Shown here: positions 12,400-25,850 of the stretch, piece after piece
Position numbering within the stretch: the stretch's first letter is position 1
How the letters are laid out: each line of letters opens with the position of its first letter
Assembly (NCBI RefSeq): GCF_006345805.1
Contig: NW_021833081.1
Coordinates: 1-64,000, forward strand
Reading direction: 5' to 3'
From: Octopus sinensis
Taxonomy: Eukaryota
Length of the DNA stretch: 64,000 nucleotides
Notes under the pieces: generated by a model
What the model saw: only the letters and a program-made list of their open reading frames with translations
Databases searched by the model: none
What the model was told of the DNA's origin: nothing
Made by a program: the position numbers and the translations under genes

Positions 12400-13975
12400 T
12401 GAACGGGACCAAACATCATGGCGCTGCTTTGTTACATAGATTTAAGAATCACTGTTGATACCGATTTTAGAAGAGTTATTTCTTTTTAGATATTACTTTA
12501 AACGTGGACACAAAGTCTGATCTTCTCAAACACCTAATGAGAAATTATGTTATATCAATATGATTTGAACTCAACTGCGAGTTATTCAACGAAATTTAAT
12601 TTCTAATTTTATTAAACGTATCTCTTCACTATCCTCGGATGAAGACACATTTTAGTACTTATCATAATACGGCTTTATAAAATAGCGGCGTTTCAGAGAA
12701 AATACAATACATGGCTACTCGATCTATCAAAGCGTAAGAATAGATCTAGAAATATCCTGTCGTATAATACAAAATATTAGAAAGAATTTCTAAATTTAAT
12801 TTCTTTTCACTTCCCGATAGAAGCAAAGCTGAAGGTAATTATTCTAACTGTAAGAATTTTGTTTGTTCAATCAATCGCTTCAATGCTGAAACACTCTGCA
12901 AGAACAATCATTTAAAATCTCTTTGTGCCTGTAATTGTATTGCTTCGGACAACTGTCCACTTAATGCTGCCTTTCGAAATCATTGGTAAATTACGTTAAG
13001 GTAGACAGAGTGATGACAGTACTCTGTTTAAAACTTACATGGGATTTACTGAGAAACATTTCAAATTACGTTATTACCAACATAGATACTCCTTCAAACA
13101 TCCGGAGAAAACTTATTCTATAAGTTGGTCCGAGAACATTTGGTCCTTGAAAGAATTCACTCATCGCGCTTTTTACAGGATGGAACTTAAAAAGTTTGTT
13201 CTTCTTATTCGAAATCTGTTTTGTTACTACATTTAGCTGAGAAACTTTTCTTTTTTCTTTGCCGAGACTCACAGGCGTTAGAGGAATGGTCTGAACAACT
13301 AAATATGTGTAAACACACTCCTAAATATCTATGTTGTAATTTTATTCCTTGTCTCCCTCCAAACATCAAATTTATTTGATCTCCTTTTGGCAAAATGGTT
13401 TTTCTCCCCAGCCATATTCTCATATTTACTCGACTCACCACGCTGCATTTGTTAATAAAGTCTTGACACGTTTGACTTATTTTCCTTACACTGGCTGGCT
13501 AAATAGTACATCCGCACATTACATTCTGCCGATCATTTTAAAAATATATATATTCTAAAAATCTCCTTCACTCCATTCTTAACAACTTCTTTGTAAACAT
13601 TTTTTTTTTATCTTCATATTCGTTAAGTGAAACAATGTCCTTTTATTAACGCCATTTTGCACATATCGTTGTATTGAATTTTCTCATTTTTCAATATTCC
13701 CATTTTCAATTATTTTCCCTGTTTTCTTTTCCCAACACCATTACCAAATACTCACACATTTTGTTAACATTTTATATTTTGTATTTCTTGTATTTACTTG
13801 TGTATAAGGGTTATATGATCAACCAATCAGAACATTTTGCTCCAATAATATTAACCAATGGGAGCTTGTCCAAATATTCAGATAATTATACTTCATTTCC
13901 TCAAAACATTTAATATTTTCATCCGAAGATCGATCAGGACCGACAAAACAAGAAACTCAGAGTTATGAAGTTTCT
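12400..13975 (+). mobile_element. Decayed Penelope-like retroelement (RT thumb, GIY-YIG endonuclease, 3' UTR)
   Basis: Frameshifted peptides: LRITVDTD..FLDITLN, TPNEKLCYIN, HNTAL*NSGVSEKIQY, KRKNRSRNI, CNC..NCPLN, KTYMGFTEKHFKLRYYQHRYSFKH...IWSLKE, LAEKLF...MCKHTPKYL. These follow the Penelope RT-linker-GIY-YIG motif order. Confidence 0.85.
13918..13969 (+). ncRNA. Degenerate type-I hammerhead ribozyme relic at the PLE 3' end
   Basis: TTCAT-CCGAAGA-TCGAT cagg ACCGA-(caaaacaa insertion)-GAAAC TCA GAG TT-ATGAA. Stem I TTCAT/ATGAA; quasi-palindromic stem III ACTCAGAGT. Confidence 0.5.
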
Positions 13976-13994
13976 GCTTCAAAAACTATGCTTG

Positions 13995-14600
<606 letters not shown>

Positions 14601-14939
14601 TGTAGGCAATTTTAAATTGAAATAGAGTTCTTTCTTTGTTTCTCTCTCCCTTCTCTGTCTGTCTCTTTATCTCTCTTTCTCCCTTTCTCCCTCCCTCCTC
14701 TCTGACTCTCTCTCTCTCTCTCTCTCTCCCCCACTCTCTCTCTCTCCCAATTCAACTCTCATTTGTCTGTCGAGCTTGTTTCATATTTTAATTTATCAAT
14801 CTTTTTTGTGGACCGGCCTAAACACATCCTAATATATGTAATACAGTTAAACACTCGCGCACGCACATACTGCCACATTCATACCTACACACACATACGC
14901 ACATAACACACATTAATATATATATATAAAGATGCGTGC

Positions 14940-14986
<47 letters not shown>

Positions 14987-15079
14987 TATGCGTGCGTGTT
15001 TATATATAAGTTTATATGCATCTATATATGTACACAGATGTACACCTCCATATACATAGATGCATACATAATGATGTAT

Positions 15080-15114
<35 letters not shown>

Positions 15115-16373
15115 TTCACACTGACACTTCATATACAGACATATACATCCGTCCCGTCAGACACGGAAAGCGCATACATAACTCCTCACACACACACACA
15201 TAACAATGTACGCATACTTGTACAACAGACACACACATACATCAACATCCCCGGGCACTCACACACACACACACACACACACACGTCTAATTGGTTTATC
15301 TTCCATTCATCTCTCTAATAAATACATCTTGTCTTTCCTTGGTTTGTTTTCTTATTCGTTAACACCAAAATACACATAGTTTGTTTAGGCGGTGGTGGTG
15401 GTGGTGGTCGTCGTCGTTGTAGTTGTTGAAAAATTGTGTGGTGGTCTTGTTGGAGTGAGGGGAATGGTGGAAATTGTTTAACACCAAAATACACATAACT
15501 GGTTATGGTCATGATGATGGTGGCGATGGTAGTGGTGGTAGTGGTGGTGGTGATGGTAGTGGTGGTAGTGGTGGTGGTGATGGTGCTAGTTGTGGTAGTG
15601 ATGGTGATGGTGATGGTGATAGTATTGTCAGCGAAATGTAGTGGTGGTTATAGTTGGGGGTGTTGTTTGCAGTGTTAGCAATGGTGGTGGTGGTGGTGGT
15701 GGCTGTGGTTGTAGTGTTGTTAGTGTGTCCAGAATTGAAACAAAATACACATATCTTGTTTAAAAGATTGTATTGGTGTTTGTTGTGTTGGTGACGATGG
15801 CGGAAGGGGGTGGTGGCGGTAGTGTGGTGGTTGTGGTGGTAGTCGTAGTGGTGTGATGATGTTCGTGCTAATGTAGTTTAGGTGATGGTACGGCAGTAGT
15901 GAAAAGGTAGTCAAGATGGTGGCAATGTGATGGTTTTGGCCCTGGTAGTATTGATTCTGTGACAGTAGTACAGTAGTGGTAGTGTAGGCGTGGTAGCGGT
16001 GGTCGTATTAGTCAGGTGACTAAATACGCTTGTAGTAGCAGTAATGTTGACCGTTATATTTCTTGTTGGCGGTGGTGGTGTTGTTGTTGTTGGTGGTGGT
16101 GTTGGCCTTTGTGTTTAGGTAATTGTGTTGCAGTTGTCAATTTTAAGGTTGTGTTGTATTTATTTACATTAAAAGCCATGTTAAGCTCGTGCTAGTGTTG
16201 TTGTTGTTGTTGTTGGTGGTGGTAATATTGGTGGTAGTGGTATAGGTGATGGTGTCAGTTTACAACAAAGAGTACAAAATCGATGTTGGACTTGCAGTAG
16301 CTGTGGCGCTGGAATAAGGACAAGAGAGTGCTGTGGCCTTGTGTTGTGGTGCTTTTCGTAACGTTCTATTATA

Positions 16374-16595
16374 AACGAAGGGTTTCCTGAAAAGTTCCTC
16401 ACTTTGGGTAAAAGAAAACACAAGAAGATCAGTTAATTATGATTTTATTCAACATATTCCCTTCTCACATTCACACACTTATTGCAGCGGTCCTTCAGTG
16501 TTTCTAAGCCCTGTAAAAGAACTCGGAAGGTTGGGGGCACTAACCAGGCCTTTCTCGATATCGTTACTGCCAGGAACTTTTCAGCACCCGTCGTA
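16374..16595. mobile_element. Mariner-derived MITE (~220 bp)
   Basis: Imperfect terminal inverted repeats (TIRs): ACGAAGGGTTTCCTGAAAAGTTCCT and AGGAACTTTTCAGCACCCGTCGTA, right end followed by TA; homologous to 51414-51806. Confidence 0.75.
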
Positions 16596-16876
16596 TATAT
16601 ATATTATATATATATATAAATATGCATATATATATATATATGCAGTTTTATTCTGTTGTTAGGTTAGCTATGGTTTGGTGCTGGTGTTGGTGGTGGTGTA
16701 GCGAACTGTAGCACTGCAGCGTTTCTATAATTTGCATGTGTGTGTATGTATATAGACATATATACACATATTCATATATATATATATATATATATGTATA
16801 CATACATACATACATACATACACACATACACACACATACACACACATATATATATATACATATGTATGTATATATA

Positions 16877-17048
16877 CGATGGGCTTCTTTCAGTTTCCGT
16901 CTACCAAATCCACTCACAAGGCTTTTGTCGGTCTGTCGGTCTGAGGCTACAGTAGAAGACAGTCACCCAATATGCCACGCAGTGAGACTGAACCCACAGC
17001 CATGTAGTTTGTAAGGAAGCTACTTACCACACGGCCACTCCTGCGCCT
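16877..17048 (-). mobile_element. tRNA-derived SINE family A, 5' half
   Basis: Same sequence family as 8556-8719. Confidence 0.85.
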
Positions 17049-17844
17049 ATACACACACACACATAGATATTTATATATATATATATATGTACATGTGTGT
17101 GTATTTATATATATATATAAATATGCATATATATATATATACGTATATATATGTGTGTGTATATCTATGTATTTATATGTGTGTGTATGTATATGTATAT
17201 GTCTTGGTGTGCATGTATGTTTATATGCGCGTGTGCATATGTATTTTTGTGTGTGTATATATATATATATATTTATGTATTATGTTGGTTGGCGGGACTA
17301 GTTTAGTGAAAAGGAGTGTGTGGGGGTGGGGGAGGTGGATTGGACTTGCAGGAAACAGAGTGTAGAGTAATATAATTGTTAATTAACGAGAGGAAAATGG
17401 AAGATGAAATTAACAAAAAAACAACAACAAAAACAACGACGCCAATAAGAAGAGAAACAACAACGACTGTTACAGGGGCAACAACAGTAATAAGCACCCC
17501 CCCACCGCCGCCACCACCCCCACCACCACCACCACCACCACCACGACTGCTACTACCACCACAAGCAGCGGCAATAATAACATGGATAATATCTTAAATA
17601 TAATTAACAGCAACGATAACACCAACAACAACAAGAACAACAACAACCAGCAACATCTACATCAGTTGTATTGGAGGTAGAATTCTTGCTTGACAATAAT
17701 TCTTGTTTATTTTTCCCTGGCATTTTGTTCTGGAAGCCCCTAAAAAGGATCATAGCCGATGCCCTTTGTATTTTGCGAGATTAGAAAAACACCCACCAAA
17801 CGATTAAAGCATGAAATCGCCATCCAATATACTACTAAGCTACT

Positions 17845-18480
17845 AAACCAGCCGACCAACCAACCAACCAACCACCAAACAGCTAAATCCACAAACCATC
17901 GAGCCATCAAAGAAATAAACCATCAAGCAACTTAACCATTAAACTATAAAACTATCAATGAGGCAATCCATCAAACCCTATAGCCATCGAATCAAAGAGT
18001 CATCAAACAACTAAACCATCAAACCATAGAGCTGTCAAACAACTAAGCCATCAAATAATTAAGCCATTAAATTACATAGCCATAAAACAGCTAAACCATG
18101 AAACCACAGAGTCATCAAACAGTTAATCCACCAAACCACAGAGCCATCAAACAACTAAGCAATCAAGCAACTAAGCAATCAAACAATTAAGCCATCAAAC
18201 CACAGAGCCATCAAACAACTAAGGCATCATCAAACAACTAAGCAATCAAACAACTAAGCAATCAAACAATTAAGCCATCAAATCACAGAGCCATCAAACA
18301 ACTAAGGCATAAAACTAACAAGCCATCAAACAACTAAGCAATCAAACAACTAAGTAATCAAACAATTAAGCCATCAAACAACTAAACCGCTAAATCAAGC
18401 GGTAAAGGAACCGAACCAACAAACTTTCTCCAGAGAACCAATCATCCGACCAAACGACCAAACCATCAAACCACCAAGAC
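17845..18480. repeat. 16-bp minisatellite (CAAACAACTAAGCAAT and variants)
   Basis: Units CAAACAACTAAGCAAT, CAAACCACAGAGCCAT, CAAACAATTAAGCCAT repeat in register; most regular at ~17990-18385. Confidence 0.85.
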
Positions 18481-18727
18481 ATCCCCGTCCCACCACAACA
18501 CCTCCAACTCAAACTCGTAAATTATAGAAACAAAATGTTGAACTTTCAATCAGGAAAGTTAATGTGGAAATAAAAAAAAAAAAACAATAAACAAAAAAAA
18601 TAAATTTGAAAACAAAAGCAAAAATTTTTTAACAAAATTTAGCAATTTGTGAAATAAGTAAAGATTCTGGTTTAATTATCAATTTGATGAAGTTTGATTT
18701 ATTATTTGTGTTATTATTGTTTGTATT

Positions 18728-18729
<2 letters not shown>

Positions 18730-18778
<49 letters not shown>

Positions 18779-18845
18779 GTCTTCATCATCATCATCATCA
18801 TCATCATCACCATCACCATCATTATCATCATCATCATCATCAATG
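18730..18845. repeat. (CAT)n microsatellite
   Basis: Direct reading. Confidence 0.9.
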
Positions 18846-19188
18846 ATTCTGATTTTGTCTGATTCTTTGTTTGTGAATGTCTGACCGCTATTTTTCCTTG
18901 TTTTTTTTTTATTTACCGAGTAATTTACAACTGATCAACTTTGTTGACTGTTAAAGACACACAGACAGAACCGCACAGACTGGCACACAGACACAGACAC
19001 AGACACACAGAGACAACTGCATACACACACACACATGCGCGCATGCGCCCACACATACTCAGAAAGGCATACACGAACTCGCCAGTGGCCACGCGTATAT
19101 TAATAACGTACAAAAATATGAACGTCTACGAATATACATACACACACACACACACACATACACACATATATATATATATATATATACA

Positions 19189-19224
<36 letters not shown>

Positions 19225-21599
19225 TATATATACATACATACATATATATAAATGTATATGTATATATATGGATATAGACACTAATACGCGCGCGGACACA
19301 TGTATATATACATTTTGAGCGTAAGAGAGAGGGAGGAAGAAGGAGGGGATCTGCATATAAAAATAATTTGAGACAAATATATACAATATAATATATATAT
19401 ATATATATATATATACATACACACATATGTATGTATCTATGTATATATATACACAGATGTATTTATATATATCCGTAAGTATATATAATGTATACTTACA
19501 TTCACACGTATATTGTAAATAAATTTACGTAAGCAAAGTTGCTACTACGGTTGTATAGATTTATACATATGTACTTACATATGACCTCTGTCTGTCTGTC
19601 TGTCCTCCCCCTGTCTCTCCCTCACACACACAGGCATATTTTTTCGTAGTCAATGTATGAGTTAATGAATTCGCACATCGTTGTTCATGTATGGAGCGCA
19701 GCTGTAAGCAGCGTAAATATATTATGAGAATCCTACAGAATTAATTGAATATAATTGCACATAGACAAACAAACAGTAAAGGACGACCATTTCAACAGTA
19801 ATGTAGTGCTGCTGAGGCGAAGTAGAAGTAGAAGTGAACTCGATCGACTCAAGTTATGCCATACAACATTAAAATTTCTTCCGTATGGTGGGAAGTAGGT
19901 TCTACCAGCGATCTTTTAAGTAGGTATCGTTCTTTAGACAAAGAAAGGAGTAAAACAGCATAAAGCAAGATATGATTGAAGCTTCCTCGAATGGAACTGA
20001 CCGTGGTCTAATGGATAAATAAGATGTTACAGCTGAAAACAGGATCGTCTTAAGATAAACGATTCCCTGGAGTATAGCAATAAGAGCAGAGTTCTCGTGA
20101 AATGCAGTCACTATCATAAACATCCTCTAAAATTCAGGAAACGCTGAAAAGTTCTTCCACCAAACCCCGCTTTCGAAACAACTCATTGTGACGGCACATG
20201 ACAGGAAATCATTCATAGTTGTAGTTGTTGACGTAGTTGTAGTTCTTGTTTTTTTTTATTGTGGTAGGTTACTATCGTCCAAAGATTGACTGTATTTGTA
20301 ATTTTGTTATGTAACTTAACGCAAAGTTGTATTATGTCACGTATACCGGCAAAATGTTTTCTATTTCAATGACCATTCCCTTTTTCCACGAATAGATTTG
20401 TTGTCAGTGCTCTGCCTTGCATTTCAGAAATTAGTTTCATAAGCAATGATCTTTGTAAAACTTTGAGTTGTAACAGAAAGTAGTCACAGATCCTGCATTA
20501 AACACATTTTTTCATTTTGCTGGTAATGTCAAACGCACGATTCTTATATACACACGCTGACATAGAACCAGCGTTGAACCCTTTATTCGCAATATTACCG
20601 AATCTGGAACTTAACTATGGTCTGTCTATAGCACTTATTCAGCATTCCCTGACACCTTTGGGTCTCAATGACACTATTTATCTCTATATATATATACATA
20701 CACATAAAACGGTGGGAAACTGAATGTGATCAGGCAGAGATATCAATGTCATTCACCTGATGACGTGGCGGTACACAGCTGCTTCTGGATCATACTTATA
20801 CGATTATGTATATAAGATATTATGTATTAGTTTGATATAGAAAACCTCAGCAACTACCAGCTGCTACCGCTGTGCAGAAACAATTGTTGTGATTTCTAAT
20901 TAAACTCTGCTTATTCAAACTTCCTGTTTTAAAAATATTTATGTACGTACATGTACGCATGTGCAATAAAACAGACATTGATAGTTACGAATATACACAT
21001 ACTATATAGGCATATATACATAGTTATATATATATATATATTATATATATATATTATATATATATATATATATAATATGTGTGTGTGTGTGTGTATGCTT
21101 GTGTGCGTATAATACATTTAGTATTATGAACACACTCCCTCACATTGTCTCGAATGTCTCTCTAGGCAATTCGGTTAATCTTTTCTTCCCAGAAAGTGAA
21201 ACACAACCGAATCCCATCGCACCATAGTCTGACCAACGTAACGTGATATTTAATCAAAATGCCATGTGATATTTTCTGATATCGCCACTCGAGACTTTAC
21301 ATCGTGTGATATCGTATAGAAATATTCCAGTTACCTGATATTTCTTCTTACATATGACATATTGCAATATAGTCTTTCACGATATATCAAATATTATATC
21401 CCTGGTGATTTGCCATAGCTTTATCGTATCATATTTTGTACAAACTTTGAATGAGAGAAACGGCGAAGTTCTGGACAAGATATGCCTTGTGGTATTTCAG
21501 TTCGCCTCTTAAGATTTTTCACCTTCTGACCTTGAGCCAAAAGTTTGAACTATTATTTCTATTGTATTTGCTCTCAATAGTTTTCGCCCAGGGTATATC

Positions 21600-21905
21600 C
21601 CCCCCTCCCCCCTCCTCTTCACCTCATTGTCTTTGCACAGCTTCTACGCTGGAGATGTACTACAGTGTCAGCTGTTCACTACCTGTGAACCAAGGTAACA
21701 CCTCTTGTTTTTCGAGCACCTTCCGGAGTATTCGAGCGGTTCCAAGCAGTGCTGTTTTCTGCAAGTGCTCCACCCTTATTGCAGCCCCTATTTGTTCCAT
21801 GTACTTCTCAAGATTTTTATTCACTGTCCCAAGGGCTCAACAATTATTGGTACTACTACCACCTTTTTCATCGACCACAACTGCTTAACCTCCTAAGCTT
21901 ACCTG
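21600..21905 (-). mobile_element. R4/Dong-like (RLE) non-LTR retrotransposon, 3' fragment
   Basis: Minus translation VKQLWSMKKVVVVPIIVEPLGTVNKNLEKYMEQIGAAIRVEHLQKTALLGTARILRKVLE, the typical C-terminus after the restriction-like endonuclease. Confidence 0.8.
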
Positions 21906-21919
21906 TCATATCTATCGAC

Positions 21920-21955
21920 TATTATTATTATTATTATTATTATTATCATCATCAT

Positions 21956-22020
<65 letters not shown>
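21920..22020. repeat. (TAT)n(CAT)n(TAG)n tail between two RLE-LINE fragments
   Basis: Direct reading. Confidence 0.9.
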
Positions 22021-22024
22021 TTCC

Positions 22025-23690
22025 CTTTGAATTCTGCATCTTTCCCATATCTTGCTGAGTTTCACCCAGATATCTGAATCAAAATTGGGTAATGCGCATA
22101 CTTAACAATCAATTGGTTTACAGCTGTCAACCACAAGGGTAGAAAAAGAACCGTAAATGTGTGTGAGGTATTTAGATTGATAAAGCCATGCACAGTGCCA
22201 GTCAACACTATTTTCTGTATCTCTTGTAGGGACGGCTTTCCAGGCAGCTGGACCAAATGCTTTTCCCTATTCACATTGCACCGACTCTCATTGCTAATCT
22301 TCAGAACTTAAGATGCCACATTTTCTGAATTGCAATTATCAGAACTTTATATTTACTGAGCTTTCAGAACTCGTTCTGGGACATGTTACAACCAAATGGT
22401 AGGCTCATGTCAGTTAAAAGGCAACGGATCTATTGGCATTGATCTTTCTGTTGGCGTTCACACGAAAATGACCAAAAGCTAGTCACATCCTCGTCTCTTG
22501 TTACTGCACCTTACTGATTCTTGTTTAATTTTCCTCTGTCTTTATGCCATAAAGCCTATATATTTCCCCATTATAAATATTGCCCTACTCTATCATGCCT
22601 TGAAAGCCAATAGCTTGCACCTCGAATGAAGGTGGCCAATAGTCTCAACCTGCTCATCGCAAAATTGACTCTTTCAGTCAGCTTCATGATTAGGGGGCGT
22701 TGAGGCAACCGTCCTCAGCCTCTAACCCTCATTTCTGCATTATCCCAGAATTGAGCCTGATGCTTTCCACATCAGGCTCTCTGCTACAGAGAACAAACTA
22801 ATTTTTCAATGGATTTTGCTCTCATGTAGCACACAGATTCAGTTGACCTTTTGATATTCTTTGCAAACTTAACTGAAGATTCACTTTACAAAATAATTAG
22901 AATTTTCATTATGTATACCTAATTCTTTCGCAAGTTTCCTACTTTACATTGTGCTTGAACGCAAATATTTCTTCCTTTCATGCTTTGCAACCATTTTCTG
23001 CATCCAGTCATCTGTAGTTTTAAGGAATCGTTCGAATCAAATGGTTGATATTTTGCGTGGCAACTCAAACTGGATCATTCCTCAACGTCCAGATCGCCTC
23101 GGGAAACAGAGGCGATCCACATCTGCTTTTGTGCGCTGTAGCTCATTACAGATCAGAAGTTTCCTGATTTTGGTGTCCATCTTCCTTAATTCACTGATGT
23201 TCCAATTTGTGGTGTTGCAATTATAGCTGACAGCTGCGATTTCAAGAGTGCTTCTCGCAGATGTTTTATTCTTTGAGTTTTGATCCGTTTTCAAGGCAGC
23301 GCATACTCTCCTGTAGCATTCCTTCTTGATATTCTCTTTCATACCGGTTTGATGAATACCTTGGCTTTCACTGACCCCTAAACACTTGTAGGTTTGTCTC
23401 TGTTTCAGTTCCTTAATTACTGCATCCACAGATATTTCCACTGAATTTCTACTTGTCATTCTACCGTTCTTGAATGATGCTTTCGCGCATTTTCCCCAAT
23501 CCAAATTCCATCCATAAATTGTCACTGAACACCTCAACTCTCTTCAACAGCTCATCCGACTCGCTGTCATTGCTGGGCATAGAGTTACAAGTCATCCATA
23601 TAAAATAGATGATTTATGATATCCCCGTCTGTTTTGTAGCCATATTTCACTTTGTTAAGTTTCAGAGTCAGAGGTAGGAATGCAATACAA
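22025..23690 (-). mobile_element. 5'-truncated, decayed R4/Dong-like non-LTR retrotransposon (RT domains 4-7, Zn knuckle, RLE)
   Basis: FCIAFLPLTLKLNKVKYGY, INHLFYMDDL, FSDNLWMEFGLGKCAK, TYKCLG, KECYRRV..LKT..NSKNK, KMDTKIRKLL..KADVDRLCFPR, ETIGHL..RHDRVG, KPSLQEIQKIVLTGT; many stops and frameshifts. Confidence 0.9.
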
Positions 23691-23865
23691 AAAACAAAAA
23701 AGATAAAAGGAGAAAACGAATTGCGTTGAAAAACCACTACAGTTAATGTTTATGCGGCTGGAATTTATTTTTCCATCAATGCATTACAATCTTAGATTTG
23801 TATTCCAACACACAAGCATTTCAGGAAATTTGGCATTTCTGGGGGAATGTTCAGGACAGCCAAAA

Positions 23866-23866
23866 A

Positions 23867-23936
<70 letters not shown>

Positions 23937-23937
23937 G
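23866..23937. repeat. (TAC)n microsatellite
   Basis: Direct reading. Confidence 0.9.
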
Positions 23938-23974
23938 TGTTATTATTGTTGAAACTATTACAAACAGGGCTGTA

Positions 23975-24240
23975 TTGAGGTTTAATGAAAACACGACTCC
24001 TCAAATCTCAAGAATCTTTCTCAGGATTCTTCCAGAGTACATGATGGTACTTTTCTGCTGGTCGACAGTCCGAGTCCTTATTTCCATTCTCTTTCAGTTT
24101 CTCGGGTAGCCATTTCGGGTGTTGTACGAAATTCACCAATTACCACAGAGATAATTGCTGTCTTCATCTTCCACAATACCTTCCTCTCTTTCACTTGGTC
24201 CTGATATTTCTAAATTTTAAACATTTCTTTGGTATTTGTT
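23975..24240 (-). mobile_element. Third R4/Dong-like 3' fragment (different subfamily)
   Basis: Minus translation KYQDQ...LWKMKTAIISVVIGE...QKSTIMYSGRILRKILEI*. Confidence 0.7.
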
Positions 24241-24789
24241 ATTATATGATCTTATATTGTTTCCATCTTTTGTCCTCTGACACCACATTTGGCCGTCTTG
24301 GTTTAATAGCAAGGTTAGTTTCTATCAGGAACTATAATATAGCCCTGTAATTCTTATTTTCGATAGAAGCATCTTTTACTGGCCGAAATGGCAGAATTTA
24401 TTAGTAGGAAAAATGCTTTTCGTTGACCTCTCACCTTATGAATTTTACCTTTCATACATTGGGGTCAAGTACTGGGTTCGATAATATTCTTCGATCAAAT
24501 TTTCAGACCTTGTGTCTATGGTAGAAACAACAAAAGCAACAAACAAAATAATAATAATATTGATAATAATAATATTGATAATAATAATAGCTTTCCAGTC
24601 GTCATCGTCCTATTTTTTCAGAAACAATACAATTAGTAATTACATTACAGAATGTGTTCTATACCTATGATTAGAGCGCATGGTGTTCAGGGTCAATTGC
24701 CTACCATTGCTCGCAGGTCAAGCAATTACGTAGTTGATATAAGATCTGCTTGCAATTCGTATTATGTAGCAGTCTTTTTGTGCATTGTA

Positions 24790-25850
24790 GTAATATACCA
24801 TGTAACATCGTTTAGTATATAACATGTGGCAATATAAAATATTATCAGTCAATATTGTTAACCACGTAAAAATATTATATAAATTATTTCCACATGCATA
24901 TGTAGCTATATTGTGTAACATATTTTATAGAATATAGTGTTCTGTAATATAGAATAGATTTTGTAACATGCAGCAGTAACTTTGTATATCATGTATAACT
25001 GTTTTATATGTCATAGTTGCAATGAATAACACTAAGACGTATACCACATGTAGTCACATGTTATGACATGTTGTATTTCTTAACATATAGCATTATTTAT
25101 AACATCTGAACTAACTGACATTATTGTGTATAGTGCAGCAACATTTTATAATTATTTTATATCATGTAAGCAACAATCAAAACATGTAGCAGTGTTTCAC
25201 CACATGTAATAGTATTTTATAAGGTCCAGTACGATTTTATAACATGAAGCAATATATTTACAACACATGGGAACATTCTATACTGATTGTATTACATGAA
25301 AGAGTAAATCGTAAGGTAAAGAAGTGTTTTATGACATATAACAATGTTTTTAAAAGGTAGCAATAGATTCATGTTTTTTCCCTCGTGCCTAGAATTCATA
25401 AGACCCCCGCCAACCCAGATTCCATGATTAATAAGTGATTGAGGACCCTACATTTCCTCTGGGATGGGATGTCGGTCAGTTGTAGGGCTGATGGTAAGCA
25501 GTTTTTGCAGAGAGGGTCAAGTAGATCACACCGACCCCAGAATTTGACTGGTACTTTTTTTTTACTGTATCGACAACGAAGGGATGAAAGGAAAGGTGGA
25601 CCATCACGGGATTTGATCTGGGAACGTAAAGAGCCGAAAGAAATACCGCTGAGCATTTTTGTCAAATAAACCACGGTTTCTGTCATTTCGCCGTCTCAAT
25701 ATATTTATAAGACACTGTAATATTTTATAACCATTCTTAACATGAAGCAATAATCCATAAGATGGAACAATATTTATAACATGCAGCAGTATTTTTATAT
25801 CACACAGCAATATTTTATGCCATGTAGCAGATATTTAATGCGACATTGCA
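24790..25850. repeat. Degenerate ~21-23-bp AT-rich minisatellite, interrupted by a SINE
   Basis: Recurring TATTTTATAACATG(C/A)AGCA(A/G)T variants at 24790-25360 and 25700-25850. Confidence 0.6.
25395..25700 (-). mobile_element. SINE family B variant with extended tail
   Basis: Reverse complement of the GACGGCGAAATGACAGAA head, TTACGTTCCCAGATCAAATCCC, AGTACCAGTCAA...GGGGTCGG body. Confidence 0.7.

Noticed and set aside
17845-18480. CRISPR-like array
   Set aside because: Units are contiguous with no unique spacers, and the DNA is eukaryotic; it is a minisatellite.
19902-20123. Hydrophobic 73-aa minus ORF
   Set aside because: No recognisable family; hydrophobicity is expected from T-rich sequence.
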